A stretch of 64,000 nt of DNA from Ptychomitrium polyphyllum (Eukaryota). Of the stretch, positions 24,543-35,968 are shown in pieces (positions within the stretch are counted from its first letter, which is position 1; every line of letters starts with the position of its first letter). The notes under the pieces were generated by a model that saw nothing but the letters and a program-made list of their open reading frames with translations, made no database searches and was not told where the DNA came from. The position numbers and the translations under genes are program-made. The stretch covers positions 5,146,001-5,210,000 of the forward strand of contig OZ316775.1 of the NCBI GenBank assembly GCA_973851085.1, read 5' to 3'.

Positions 24543-26114
24543 ATGGACGACCCCATGGACGGGGCAGAGGACATTGGAGATGGAGAGGACATGGACCAGA
24601 GTAGGGTTGCACGGTCTCTCAACCTACCTGTTGGCATGTCACGAGACGCGTTGCACCTTGATACAATTGCGAGGCGATCATGGCAAGGGTCAGGATCCCC
24701 AATGAAGAATGTCATGGGCACCGCGAGCACCTCCTCACCCACAAGGACTTCATACAGCGATAGGTTTATTCCGAGCCGCTCGAGCTCAAACCTGGCGGGT
24801 TTTGCTCTCCTGGATCGCTCTCCGTCGGGGGCCAACGTCGCGCAATCCAATGACAACAGAGAGGATGGCGGGGCGGCGTACTCAATGCTGCTGAGAACAG
24901 AGCTTCTCGGGCAGGAGGCGAGCTCCCCAGCGACGCCGGTGGAGAAGCCGATGGGAATTGGGTCGAGGGACCCGATGCGATCGCCAAGGAGTCCGACGAA
25001 CCGGAACCTGTTCAGATTCAAGAGCGAGACGAAGCCGAGCGCCGGGGCAAATGCAATGCCAGAGAGCCCGTTCGCCCTGGCGCCGGCTGATGGTGCGCTG
25101 GGCGGAGCAGCGGTGTCGCCTCGGAAAGCCCCTCGGAAGATCGCTCGGTCGCCTTACAAGGTGCTGGATGCGCCGGCGTTGCAGGACGACTTCTACCTGA
25201 ATCTGGTGGATTGGTCGTCGCACAACGTGCTTGCGGTTGGGTTGGGCACCTGCGTGTACCTGTGGAGCGCGTGCACGAGCAAGGTGACGAAGCTGTGCGA
25301 CTTGGGACCCACGGACAGCGTGTGCTCCGTCGGGTGGACACAGAGGGGCACGTACCTGGCCGTGGGGACGAATTTGGGGGAGGTGCAGCTGTGGGATGCG
25401 ACGAAGTGCAGGAAGGTGCGCACGATGGGCGGGCATCGGACGCGGGTCGGGACGCTGGCGTGGAGTTCGCACATGTTGTCGTCCGGCAGCCGGGACCGGA
25501 ACATCCTGCAGCGGGACGTGAGAGTGGCGGAGGACTTCGTGAGCAAGCTGGTAGGGCACAAATCGGAAGTGTGCGGGCTGAAGTGGTCTTACGACGATCG
25601 GGAGCTGGCGTCGGGTGGGAACGACAACCAGCTGTTGGTGTGGAACCAGCAATCGTCGCAGCCGGTGGTGAAGTTCAGCGAGCACACGGCCGCTGTGAAG
25701 GCGATTGCGTGGTCACCCCATCAGCACGGCCTGCTGGCGTCCGGGGGCGGGACGGCGGACCGGTGCATACGATTCTGGAACAGCGCGACGAGCACGCCGT
25801 TGAATTGCTACGATACGGGGAGCCAGGTGTGCAATCTGGTGTGGTCGAAGAACGTGAACGAGGTGGTGAGCACACACGGGTACTCCCAGAACCAGATCAT
25901 CGTGTGGAGGTACCCGACGATGTCGAAGCTGGCCACGTTGACAGGGCACACGATGCGGGTGTTGTATCTGGCCATATCCCCGGACGGTCAAACGATCGTG
26001 ACGGGAGCCGGCGATGAGACGCTGCGGTTCTGGAATGTTTTTCCTTCTCCGAAATCGCAGAGTGCCGTCCGTGATACGGGGGTGTGGTCGCTGGGACGAA
26101 CACACATTCGGTGA
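24543..26114 (+). CDS. CCS52: APC/C co-activator CCS52/FZR1/Cdh1 (WD40), copy 1, intronless CDS, 523 aa
   Basis: C-box DRFIP, Y..LL..EL motif, VLDAPALQDDFYLN, WD40 repeats, RVLYLA cyclin-binding motif, C-terminal IR tail, N-terminal SP/TP CDK sites. Confidence 0.97.
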   Translation: MDDPMDGAEDIGDGEDMDQSRVARSLNLPVGMSRDALHLDTIARRSWQGSGSPMKNVMGTASTSSPTRTSYSDRFIPSRSSSNLAGFALLDRSPSGANVAQSNDNREDGGAAYSMLLRTELLGQEASSPATPVEKPMGIGSRDPMRSPRSPTNRNLFRFKSETKPSAGANAMPESPFALAPADGALGGAAVSPRKAPRKIARSPYKVLDAPALQDDFYLNLVDWSSHNVLAVGLGTCVYLWSACTSKVTKLCDLGPTDSVCSVGWTQRGTYLAVGTNLGEVQLWDATKCRKVRTMGGHRTRVGTLAWSSHMLSSGSRDRNILQRDVRVAEDFVSKLVGHKSEVCGLKWSYDDRELASGGNDNQLLVWNQQSSQPVVKFSEHTAAVKAIAWSPHQHGLLASGGGTADRCIRFWNSATSTPLNCYDTGSQVCNLVWSKNVNEVVSTHGYSQNQIIVWRYPTMSKLATLTGHTMRVLYLAISPDGQTIVTGAGDETLRFWNVFPSPKSQSAVRDTGVWSLGRTHIR

Positions 26115-26451
26115 GTGTTGGCAGGATGGGTCCCCTCACAGCTGGTGAGTACCTGTGTTAGCTTAGGTGCAGCCGTAGGCGTTGCTGTATTATGAAGTGT
26201 GTGCGGTAACGAGACTGGGGTTTACCCATGTAGGTGTAGGTCTTTTTTCATCCAGTTGCAAGTCCACAATTCTTGGTGGTTTCAGGACCATCGCTTCGAG
26301 CACATTACAAGCGGATGCACGGCTGCGTTCTGTACAATTCGGGTCCCAATGTGCAGCTGTGCGTTGTAGAGAGGTAGAGTGTAGGCGCTACTATTCACGG
26401 TTGTGTGAATTGATTGAAAGAGAAGTTTACTGTGACGCTACCATGTGAAGT
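24581..26451. repeat. Left arm of a 1.87 kb near-identical inverted repeat (partner 43487-45357)
   Basis: Coordinates mirror with a constant sum of 69938. All overlapping ORF-track translations are identical except one site (26437 vs 43501). Confidence 0.95.
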
Positions 26452-26902
26452 ACCTGGGTTCATGAGTTTGCTCACTAACGGTTTCTTTTTAAGGCCAGCG
26501 TGGGTATTTGCTGGGAAGTTGTATGGTAGAAAACGGTTTGCAGGTTTTTAGTGATCATATTTAACGTAGATGTCCGATCCTTTATGTCTTCGTGTCAGCT
26601 CTTTGAAGTGATGAAGTTGTTATCTGCAGAGCACGTTGTTAGCGTGGGTGGCGCTGTGTTAGTTTGCTTAGACTTGAGTGCAGTTGTTTTCTCTCCTATG
26701 AGGTGTTGGCGGGCTGTAAATCATGGTTACTTCTGTGCCGCAGCCATATGTGTGCACGATAAATTCTCTTAGTTAATACTATTCTTGGTGGTTCACGGAA
26801 GTAGTTTATGACCTTTACTCTTGTGTCAATGTAATTCCAGGTTTGCTGACAAGGGCGATGATGATGTCTTGTGGCGTCCAGTCACTAATATTATAAATAC
26901 AA

Positions 26903-27001
26903 GTTGGTTAAGATATTTTTCAAGGCACTTTTTAAGACATTCTATTGTCTTAATCGTGCAATGTCTTTGAAAGAATGTCTTGAAAGCGTGTCTTAATCAA
27001 T
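26903..27001 (+). repeat. Imperfect ~100 nt fold-back (hairpin/MITE-like)
   Basis: Arms 26903-26941 and 26960-27001 pair over ~38 bp, with mostly G-U wobbles. Confidence 0.6.
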
Positions 27002-27010
27002 CCTTTTTTT

Positions 27011-27152
27011 TAGTAGTGTGCTGGCACTATTCTAATAATTGAAATTAATGTAAGCACTTTTTCAAAGCTCTCTACGAGGCAAAAATATGAGCAAAATTGG
27101 AAGTAACTCAACTTAAACAGAACATACTGTGTGGCTGGTTGTGCTGTCAATA
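27011..27152 (+). pseudogene. Decayed copy of exon 3 plus flanking intron of the OPA3-like gene
   Basis: GTILIIEINVSTF/KALYEAKI*AKLE|gtaac aligns with GTIVILEVQRSARSEALKEAKMRAELE|gtaag at 41818-41903. Confidence 0.7.
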
Positions 27153-27687
27153 TGTTACTATTATTGTACCTACTCTGGATGCTGGCTGCAGTAGAAATTT
27201 TAAAAACCATGGTTGAATCGTTCGAGAAGACAAGCTGGAGGATTGGACCTACCGTACCTTCGGAAACTCCCCACTCAATGTGTGTGTCCACTCTTGCAAA
27301 TTATCATGTGGAAATAGTGAGACGAAGGCAAGCAGACTTTGCACTTTGCGCCCGCCTTTCTTATCTGTACAGTGGATTAAGAGTATACTCTACGTTTCTG
27401 CATCAAGTTGTTGGTACGTTCATTTGTGCTCCCTTCCAGTCAACAGACTACTAGGGCTTCAACTTGTAGAGAAACCTTAGTAACATAACACGTCCCCAAG
27501 GACAAAGTATAACTTGGACCCAACAAACAATAACAACGTCTGGAAAATCCTTAACAGCGGTCCGTCACAGCTTTTATTTGCGGAATCTTCACACCGTAAC
27601 TTAGCCTCAGAGTAGGCCGGGGCATTCTTTAGAGAAAATTAAGTTGAATCTGCACTTGTCGGTCGAATTTGCTAGACGTTTGAAAGG

Positions 27688-29794
27688 ATGAAACTCATAA
27701 TTCTTTTGGTATTCCTGTGTACCTGTCTTCGGGTGAAGATATCAGCTGCGCGGTGTGCAGTTGCAACTATTCTGCCATCGGATGTGGCGCCCTTCATAAC
27801 TGACGAGTACTTCACCTCACAGCTGACAAAACAGATCGCAGACCTGCAGCAGACGGTGACCAAAAATGTGCAAGCAGGTCACATCGACGTCTACTCCATC
27901 GCCGTGGTGTACCGCAACAGCACTATCTTCTCCGCAGGTCTTGTAGACACCCCCTTCCGCATCGGGTCTGTTACTAAGGTATTCACGGCCATGGGAGCTC
28001 TCCTTCTTCGGAAACAGGGCGTAAATTTGTCTCTGGACGATCCCGTGTAGAAATTTGTGCCCGGATTCTCGATTATCAACCCAGACGATGAGCATGACAT
28101 TACGCTCAGAGAACTGATGAGTCATACCTCGGGGTTACTCCACAACCTCTGCGCTAGTGTGCTCTGCGACTCCGATCTCTCGGAAAAAGACAGCTTCGAG
28201 CTGATTGCAAAGAAGCAGCTAGCGCGTCCGCCATGGAGCTCTCTGCCAGTCTACTCCAATCTCGGGTTTGCAATTCTGGGACATGCATGGGAGAAGGCGA
28301 CATCGCCACGACAGACGTGGAGCGAATTTTTGAGAGACGAACTTTGGGCGCCATTGGCAATGCGTGACACTTGTGTGCCTGCAGATTTGGTCGACGATGT
28401 CGAGTTCGCGCCTGGCGATGTGAACCCATATCTTGCAAACTATTCCATCGGGTGGCAAGCTCCTGCTGGTGACATGTGAGTATGTCTGTTATCTCTAGTA
28501 TAAGGCGCCCGGGGAGCCCTTACCCCGGGTAGAGTACTCATTTCATTGAAGATGACAGATATTCAACTCGAGTTCGTCCGATCTCATTGCTACCGATATG
28601 TTCTCCTACCCACTCATCTAAGAATCACAGAAAATACTTCTTTCTTGAGAACTCAAATTTCTTAAAGGTCATATCCTGTACAGTAGCATTGTGGTGAAGG
28701 GGAAGCTGCAAATATTGGTCTTATCACATGTAAGCCTCGTAGAACACAAAATCAACATGCTCATGTTTGGTGATGTCTTTTGCTTGTCCAAGATTAAACT
28801 TGAAATTGGTCAACAATTGTAAGAAGCAGTTCCAAATTGTTCCACAGAAAACTGTGTGCTGCTGATCGTCCCAGGCTTGTTAGAGTGTTCGGTTAATGAG
28901 TTAACACGATGGTGAATCTCCAAAATTATGCAACATCATGACCCCATGATCCAGCTTGGTATGCGCATGATCGTCATGATGGATGAACTGATGAATTTTT
29001 ATTGCAAGTACTCCACGGCTCTAGATATCGCAAAGTTTCTCAAGTTTCTGCTTCACCCAAAGCCAACTGGCCTCCTCTCGGTTGCAGCAATTCGTGAGAC
29101 GACACACCCAAACACCGTCTTCACGAGCACCAGCGGATTGACAGGCTTCGCGCTCCCATGGGAATTCATCGGAATCACCCTGAGTGGCACCAACCGGTCC
29201 ACCACTCTCATCACCAAAAAGGGCGCACTCGGGACCTACCGCTCCATCATCGCCTTCAACCCCGACTCCCAGCTCGGTGTCGCGGTCCTCACCTCCGTGA
29301 ACAACACATCCAGCATTAGCTACGAAGTCCTTGCTTTCGAGATCATGCAAGCCCTTATTCCCGCCGTCCAATCAGTCCACTCAAGCTTCATGTCATCCCT
29401 CTACTCGGGCGTCTACGTGTGCAACCACACCGACGCGGTTGTCAGCGCACACTTGAAGAACACCACTCTGCAGGTGCTGGGCGGCAGCGTTAGCGTAACC
29501 ACCATGACCCCGGACCAGAACCTCATCGCCATCTACAACGTGAGCCTTATACAGAATGGATTCCATGTATTCCTCCATAACTCAGGATTGCTAATGCGGA
29601 AGCTGGGACGAGATCGGCACTCGTTCTGGTCGTCGCCGGGGCAGTGCTTCGCCATGGCGTCGTTCTTAGGAGCCGTTACAGAGATTGCCAGGCCCAATTT
29701 CCCGGATTCCGTGGATTTTTATGAGCTCCACTTTGAGCCTGAGGCCAAGTCATTGCGATTGCCGGCCTTGGGTGGCATGTGCTACAAATTCTGA
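27688..29794 (+). pseudogene. Secreted beta-lactamase-family (class C/serine hydrolase) protein, 2 exons (27688-28475, ~29008-29794), apparently disrupted
   Basis: Signal peptide, FRIGSVTK (SxxK), LMSHTSGL, YSNLGF (YxN), KKG..G.Y...P..QLGVAVL. In-frame TAG at 28048-28050; the expected acceptor CAG reads CAA at 29005-29007. Confidence 0.8.
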
Positions 29795-30805
29795 CCCTTC
29801 GATGCTCCATGTGGATGGCTGGATGATATTACAATTCCGTCGTAATTCAAATGTCTAGTAGAACTTGCAGTAATGAGGGTGGGATTTGCTAATGCGTACA
29901 CGGTCTAGAGTTCTGTGTTTGCTTTCCTGAGCAGCCAATTTATTTCGAATCTCGAAACAGAGGGATTGCTTCAATTAATAAATGCTCTGGAAACAGGAGT
30001 AGAATTGAGTTCTTGCTGGCTGTTTCAAGAATCAGAAACATTAAAATAAGACTTGTTGGAAAAAGGAAGTGTTACTGAATGCGATCAGGCTAATGAAGCT
30101 GACCCTCCAATCGGAAAAGTTGCTCCAACGTCATCTGACCCGACTTGCATACAAACTATGGCTTAGCAAAAAGGTAAAATAATTTATCTCTATTTGCTAC
30201 TTCCGAGTCAGTTTCGTGGAGGTTTCTAAGAAGTTCTGCGTTCAAGTTAGGCCAAAGAACACTGTCAGACTCTGTGGAAACACGTGAGAATGCTTTTGAC
30301 TCCGACGCTGATGACCACGGTGAAAACACACCAAGGTCACGATTCTGGATTGGAAAAGTGTTACTCATACCACCAAGTAGTCATATCGCGGTGAATCAGA
30401 CAAGATTATCTCTTGGTTGAACGACTGATCAGCTTGGCCCGAGAGATATGAAGTATCCATTGTCCATTCTAAATCTCTCAGGGCCGCGCTTGAGTTGGAA
30501 CATGAACTTCTCAAAAGCAGGGAGGAAATGGTTGCGTCCAGTATTAGCGTCTCGCTCTCTCGACCCTGCTTTCAATTAGAGATTTGGAAACTATGGAGTC
30601 TAATTGACCGTGAATCAGAAGGTGAGCTAGCTTGCCGGGCCATGTATACTAGAGACAGAATTGGAACCAGGGCATAGAATTGGTTGACAAAGTTGACAGT
30701 GAAGCTTGATATGGTTCAAGTTAAAGCCTTCTCTACTTCGTTAATCCGGACTACCCCTGTGGAATCGATCATCTAGAAGCAAAACCTGGACCTTCAAGTT
30801 CCAGG

Positions 30806-33800
30806 ATGACTCGGTTCATGTGGTCTCTTGTTCTTCTTCTCAGCCTCATCGCTGTATCGTGGATTCCAGGACTGGCAGTAAATATTCTGGTCGGTATCTC
30901 GCCAGGTTTCGTCATAAATTCCAAGGAGTACCTCAATATATCTGATAAGTACTACTTAGTGATGCAGCCAGACTGCGATCTTGTTCTTTACAATCAATCA
31001 GGCCTGCCTCTTCGGAACACTGGTTCTAGGCCTGTTTCCGATACAAAATCTTCATTAAACTGCAGCCTGTGGATGCAAGATGACGGAAACCTAGTGATCT
31101 ACAATTTAAATAGTACAACCTGGGCAAACAGGAGGTCAGAATATGCGCTGTGGTCTCAGGATTACTACGATACAGTGGCCGGGAAACATTCGTTTCTACT
31201 TTTGGGAGGCGATGGCAGTCTTAACTTCTATACTTCCAACAGCACACTCCGTCCAAACTCAACTTTCGGCGGTTTACTGAACAATTTTTCACCACCAAAC
31301 ACTAGTGAACTGTTGAATACAACTTTTCACCCAACTTCTGCCGGATATAAGGCTTGGAAACCAGATGCTTCTCTTATTGAATTTCCATACATGCCGGCAG
31401 GATACTTCCATTCTGCAGGCAACAGATTGCTAACTATGACCTCGACATACATGCTGGAGCTTAGGGCGAAAGACTGCAATCTACAATGCAGCAAACTACT
31501 GTACAACGGGGGAGTTGACAATGTTCTCTGGATAACTAGAACGAGTGGTTTAGAAAACCGTACGTGTACCCTCGAACTGCTACAGAATGGTATCCTTCAG
31601 ATTCGCGATCCGAATTCGAGTGAGGTATACTGGAATAGTATCAAAGTTGGAGACAGTATTGTGAGTTGGATTCTTAAGTTGAATCCAGACAATGGCACGT
31701 TGAGCATCAGTGACATTACAAACTCCAGTAATATCCTTTGGACGAATGCAGACGAGTCGATGCTCCCGAAGTCGAACCGGCCTATTGTGTGGATTGTGGT
31801 TGGTGTGCTACTTGGAGTGTTTGTTCTGTCCATGACAGTTTTAGGGTTGTTCCTCTACACACGAGAAGGTAAGCATCTCGCTTACCACAGCCGAAGTCTT
31901 TCTCGGAATAGTGCCATGTACTGCTATGGTTCGCACAAGATTGATTGCAGCAGGGCCAAGTTTTCAACAATGTACTGTGCATGCTGGTCGTATTCATGTT
32001 GCATGTTTTACTATGCATCAGGTTTTCTAGACCCTGCCGACAAGGCGTTCCAAGTGCGAGTGCGTGCCAGCGGTGGAAACTCCCAAGCATTGTCGCAGGC
32101 AACAATTAAACAAGCAACAAAGAACTACGAAAATGTGATTGGACGCGGTGGTTTTGGTGACGTATTCTACGGAAAGTTGCCGGATGGCCAAGAGGTGGCG
32201 GCTAAAGTGTTGTCAGCGACCTCACATCAAAGCAAGCAGGAGTTCTACAATGAGGTCGGTGTTCAGTGCCTGGCTTTGATTATATATAGTTCGAAATCCT
32301 CATAACCCTAATGGATTAGAATGATCGAGTCAATGGCTGTAGCAATCTAAGGTGACTGAGATGGGCGGCAATGGGTGTGCAGATTGAACTGCTGTCGAAG
32401 GTGCATCACAAATACTTGCTGTCTCTTTTAGGGTACAGCTCCACACGCACTCACCAGGTATTGATATACGAGTTCATGGGTGGCGGAGATCTTCGACACA
32501 GACTGCAAGGTGTATACACATCTAACTTCAAACTCGCATTGGATCTCATTTTGATACGTCCTGATAATCTCAAATTCTAGATTCAATAGATGTCCTGGTG
32601 GCCGAATTTGGTGACTGATACTGCTTTTTGATGTGCAGAGGAGATTGGGGCCGGAAATCCCTTGACCTGGCGACAGAGAACAAGTATCATCCTCCAAGTT
32701 GCAGAAGGTGAATTAGGGACCAAATTCCTCAGACCATATCTATTAGGGCTTCGATACTAGAGGTGATCATTTCCAGTGAATTACGCATGCTCTTTAGACC
32801 AAATTGATGTTCCAAATCTATCCGTGGATTGATTCAGGGCTGGAGTACCTGCATGATAAGTGCTCGCCTCCAATCATACACCGCGACATCAAGAGCACCA
32901 ACATCCTGCTTACGGACAAGCTCGTTGCCAAGGTGGCTGATTTTGGGCTGTCTAAACTGAAAGCCATTGGGGAGGAGGACGCCACCCATGTCACAACCGT
33001 GGTGAAAGGCACTCCGGGATATCTTGATCAAGAGTAAAACCACCTTCTCATGCCTCTTCCTAGATACTTCTTAATACGAGTTGATTATGTCACGCCATTT
33101 GTTTTAGTGTAGTTTCTTGTAGTGTTATTTTCTGAGTTTGCAATTATGGAACCAGGGTGTCCCATATGAATCATCTGCTGATACTATGAGGCCTTGGTGC
33201 AAAATGGGGTTCAGGTACCATGAGACGGGGCTGCTGACAGAGAAGAGTGATGTGTTTGCGTTTGGAGTTGTGCTGATGGAGATCCTCACAGGACGACACC
33301 ATATGCATATTGCGCAAAGGGTAAGAAGCTGTGCGGCTGGACACTTTCTTTGATCCGGTACTTTGAAAGTGATCTTCATGTTGAAATAAGGGGTGGCTGT
33401 CAACCAAGTTATATATGGTTGATGTTGTCAATGAGCAGGTCGGCGAGGCATGGAGACAAAAGCAATTTGATGTTTTGGCAGATTCAAATTTAGGAGACGA
33501 TTTTGACACAGAAGAGCTCGTCAATCTTGTGGAGTTGGCACTGTGGTGTGTAAGGAGAAGCAGCACGGAGAGGCCGTTCATGCGCCAAGATATAGGAAGG
33601 CTGCATGGTTTAGGATTGGCTTCATCCGGGCCATATCAACCCAAAATGGAATTAGGTGATGAGGTTCAGCGTGCTGCCCTGAACATCGAACTTTCGGCAA
33701 CGGACTCTGAACACTTCTCAAGTGCAACTGTACCTTTATATAGAGGTTCTTCTTCCAGCGGCCTGAGTTCTGAACTGCGTCACCATCCTGTACAAGTTCG

Positions 33801-33828
33801 TAGCCCCGCCTGCTTGGTTGGTAGATAG
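30806..33828 (+). CDS. Bulb-type (B/GNA) lectin receptor-like kinase. Exons 30806-31868, 32022-32254, 32383-32509, 32639-32707, 32838-33033, 33215-33320, 33439-33828
   Basis: Signal peptide; [24 protein letters not shown] and a second degenerate lectin domain; TM helix; kinase [43 protein letters not shown] sites keep frame. Confidence 0.9.
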
Positions 33829-34099
33829 CCATACTTCCATCAGTTGATCCATCACAAAACGAAAGCATTTCTGTCAAATACATTTTAGTTTTAGTTGGTC
33901 CAGAACCTTGGCACGACAAATTAGCCTATTCTTGGAACATTCATAGAATCTTGAAGGATATTACAGCTTGTTTGAGTATGTTCAAGAAATTTCAAAATAC
34001 TTCAAACATTTATTGAAACATTTATTATATCTGTCATATCTCTTGTTACATCTCTTACATAATAAGTTGTTCAATTTTTTTTGAACTTGTCATATTTGA

Positions 34100-34640
34100 C
34101 AACCTTGAAGACAATTGACTGTTAGAATACATGTGCATGTGCATTGTACATCATTACATATGAGGTACAAAGTAGAAAAGCCCAACATAATTTTTTCTTT
34201 TGAATAGCCAATGTAATCATTTTTTAGCTTCAAGTAAGCATGGCTTCAATTAACAATGTGTTGATGACAAAAGTAAAATTGACTTTTTAGAATTTCTTCC
34301 TAATACTTCACATAGAAAGAACCAAGATATATTTTTCTTCTATTGGTTATAGTGCACACTTGATAAATTACAAGAGGATTTAAGTAATTGGAAGTAGGAT
34401 CAAAAAATGTACTCTTTAAGATTTGGATGTAAGACTATGACACTATTATTTGTATTATATAAGGAAGGCTAAGTTTGTATCATAAATAAATCCAATTCTA
34501 AGTAGATTTCATTTTATACAAATCAACCTTTATTTATAAAAGCTTGTACAAATGATGTGCAAAAGCTAATAGTCATATTGAAATATTTCATATAGTAAGC
34601 AATGACAAGGCCTTTGGCTAAAGAACATGGTTATTTTTAA
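34100..34640 (+). mobile_element. Highly eroded Ty1/copia RNase H remnant
   Basis: Faint RK...F.L....S.K, RFHFI and MT.PL traces in very AT-rich DNA. Confidence 0.35.
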
Positions 34641-35880
34641 GGAATAGAACAATATCCTCAATTATCACATAATACAAATTATTAAGAATACAAAACTAAA
34701 GTCAAAGGAATTCCAAATACAAGTTTAGTTAAATATGAATACATTTAAATTAGAAGACCTTGTACAAAAAAACTTAAAGTATATGAGCAATACAAAAAAG
34801 TAGAATAAACTACAATATCAAAAGTATGAAATATAAAATTTATAAAAAAGAAGAGAAAATAATGGAAAGAAGAAATTGACACATAGTCATGTTATTATTT
34901 TTATATCAAATTAAATATTGATAACCATATGCAAATTTGTTGATTTCACAATAGTTAATATATTAAGTTTATTAACATTTGAACATATATACCATAATAC
35001 CATTAAAATAAACAACACATTATATAACAATAAAGAATAAAAGAAAACATGTTTACAATTATAAACACAACTTTAACCATAAGGTATATTATTGTGTTGA
35101 TGAAATAAACCAATGTTGTAATGCATTTCATTATAATAAAATAGATTATAATTGTAAGTCAAATTTAATTAAATATCATCTAGCCACAATTTTTTGGTTA
35201 TTTAATTATTTAATTCTTTTTATTCAATAGATTCTATGTACATCTGATAAGAGTCAAAAAAACATTGAAAATTGAAAGTTATTAAATAGAATTTATTTTC
35301 TTATACATTATTACATCTTTGCCATGTGGACAAAATAAGAGGTTAAAAAAAATGGCAATATTTGCATACATTAGATGCAAAAATTTAAAGTGCAAGCAAG
35401 TGAGAGCACCCTTATATATAGAAGCAAGTGTTATATTGGCAACATTGTTTCTAGATGCAAGCGTTGCTTACTGTAAATAACTATTAAACATGAATGTAAA
35501 TATTGCTAGTGCAATTGGCTCCTTGGTGCAATTTTAATGAAATGATTATATATTATAGATGTCTTTGTAAATGATGGACCTAATGCTTATAACTTATAAC
35601 AATGTCTAAATTTGGATGTCCAAATATATACGTAATAATCCTTGAATAGCTCAAATCCAAAACTTGCATCATCATGGATGTCTTCATCATAACTTCCTCC
35701 ATATTACCTTCCAAAGTTAACAACAATCAAAAATAAATTAAAATTAATCAACAATCCAAGTTAAAACCAAATACTTATTTTTACACAAAGTTATATGCGG
35801 TGAAGTAAAGGATTGAACCGTCCATCCATCCAGGACACCCATCAAAGACAAGTTTTAGGCCATGTTCATGTTCACCTATG

Positions 35881-35968
35881 TGCACAACTCTCGCTATGAA
35901 ACGGGTGTTTGATGGTGAAATGTGTGCACAACTCTCGCTATGAAACGGGTGTTTGATGGTGAAATGTG
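35881..35968. repeat. Perfect 44 bp tandem duplication
   Basis: tgcacaactctcgctatgaaacgggtgtttgatggtgaaatgtg x2. Confidence 0.9.

Noticed and set aside
24467..26139. Long antisense and alternate-frame ORFs over CCS52 (267 aa, 268 aa, 184 aa etc., mirrored at 43799-45384)
   Set aside because: Shadows of a GC3-rich CDS; their conservation between copies only reflects DNA identity.
28508..28530. CCCGGGG-N8-CCCCGGG hairpin in the lactamase intron as a Helitron end or terminator
   Set aside because: 7 bp stem only, no CTRR terminus at the expected distance; chance is likely.
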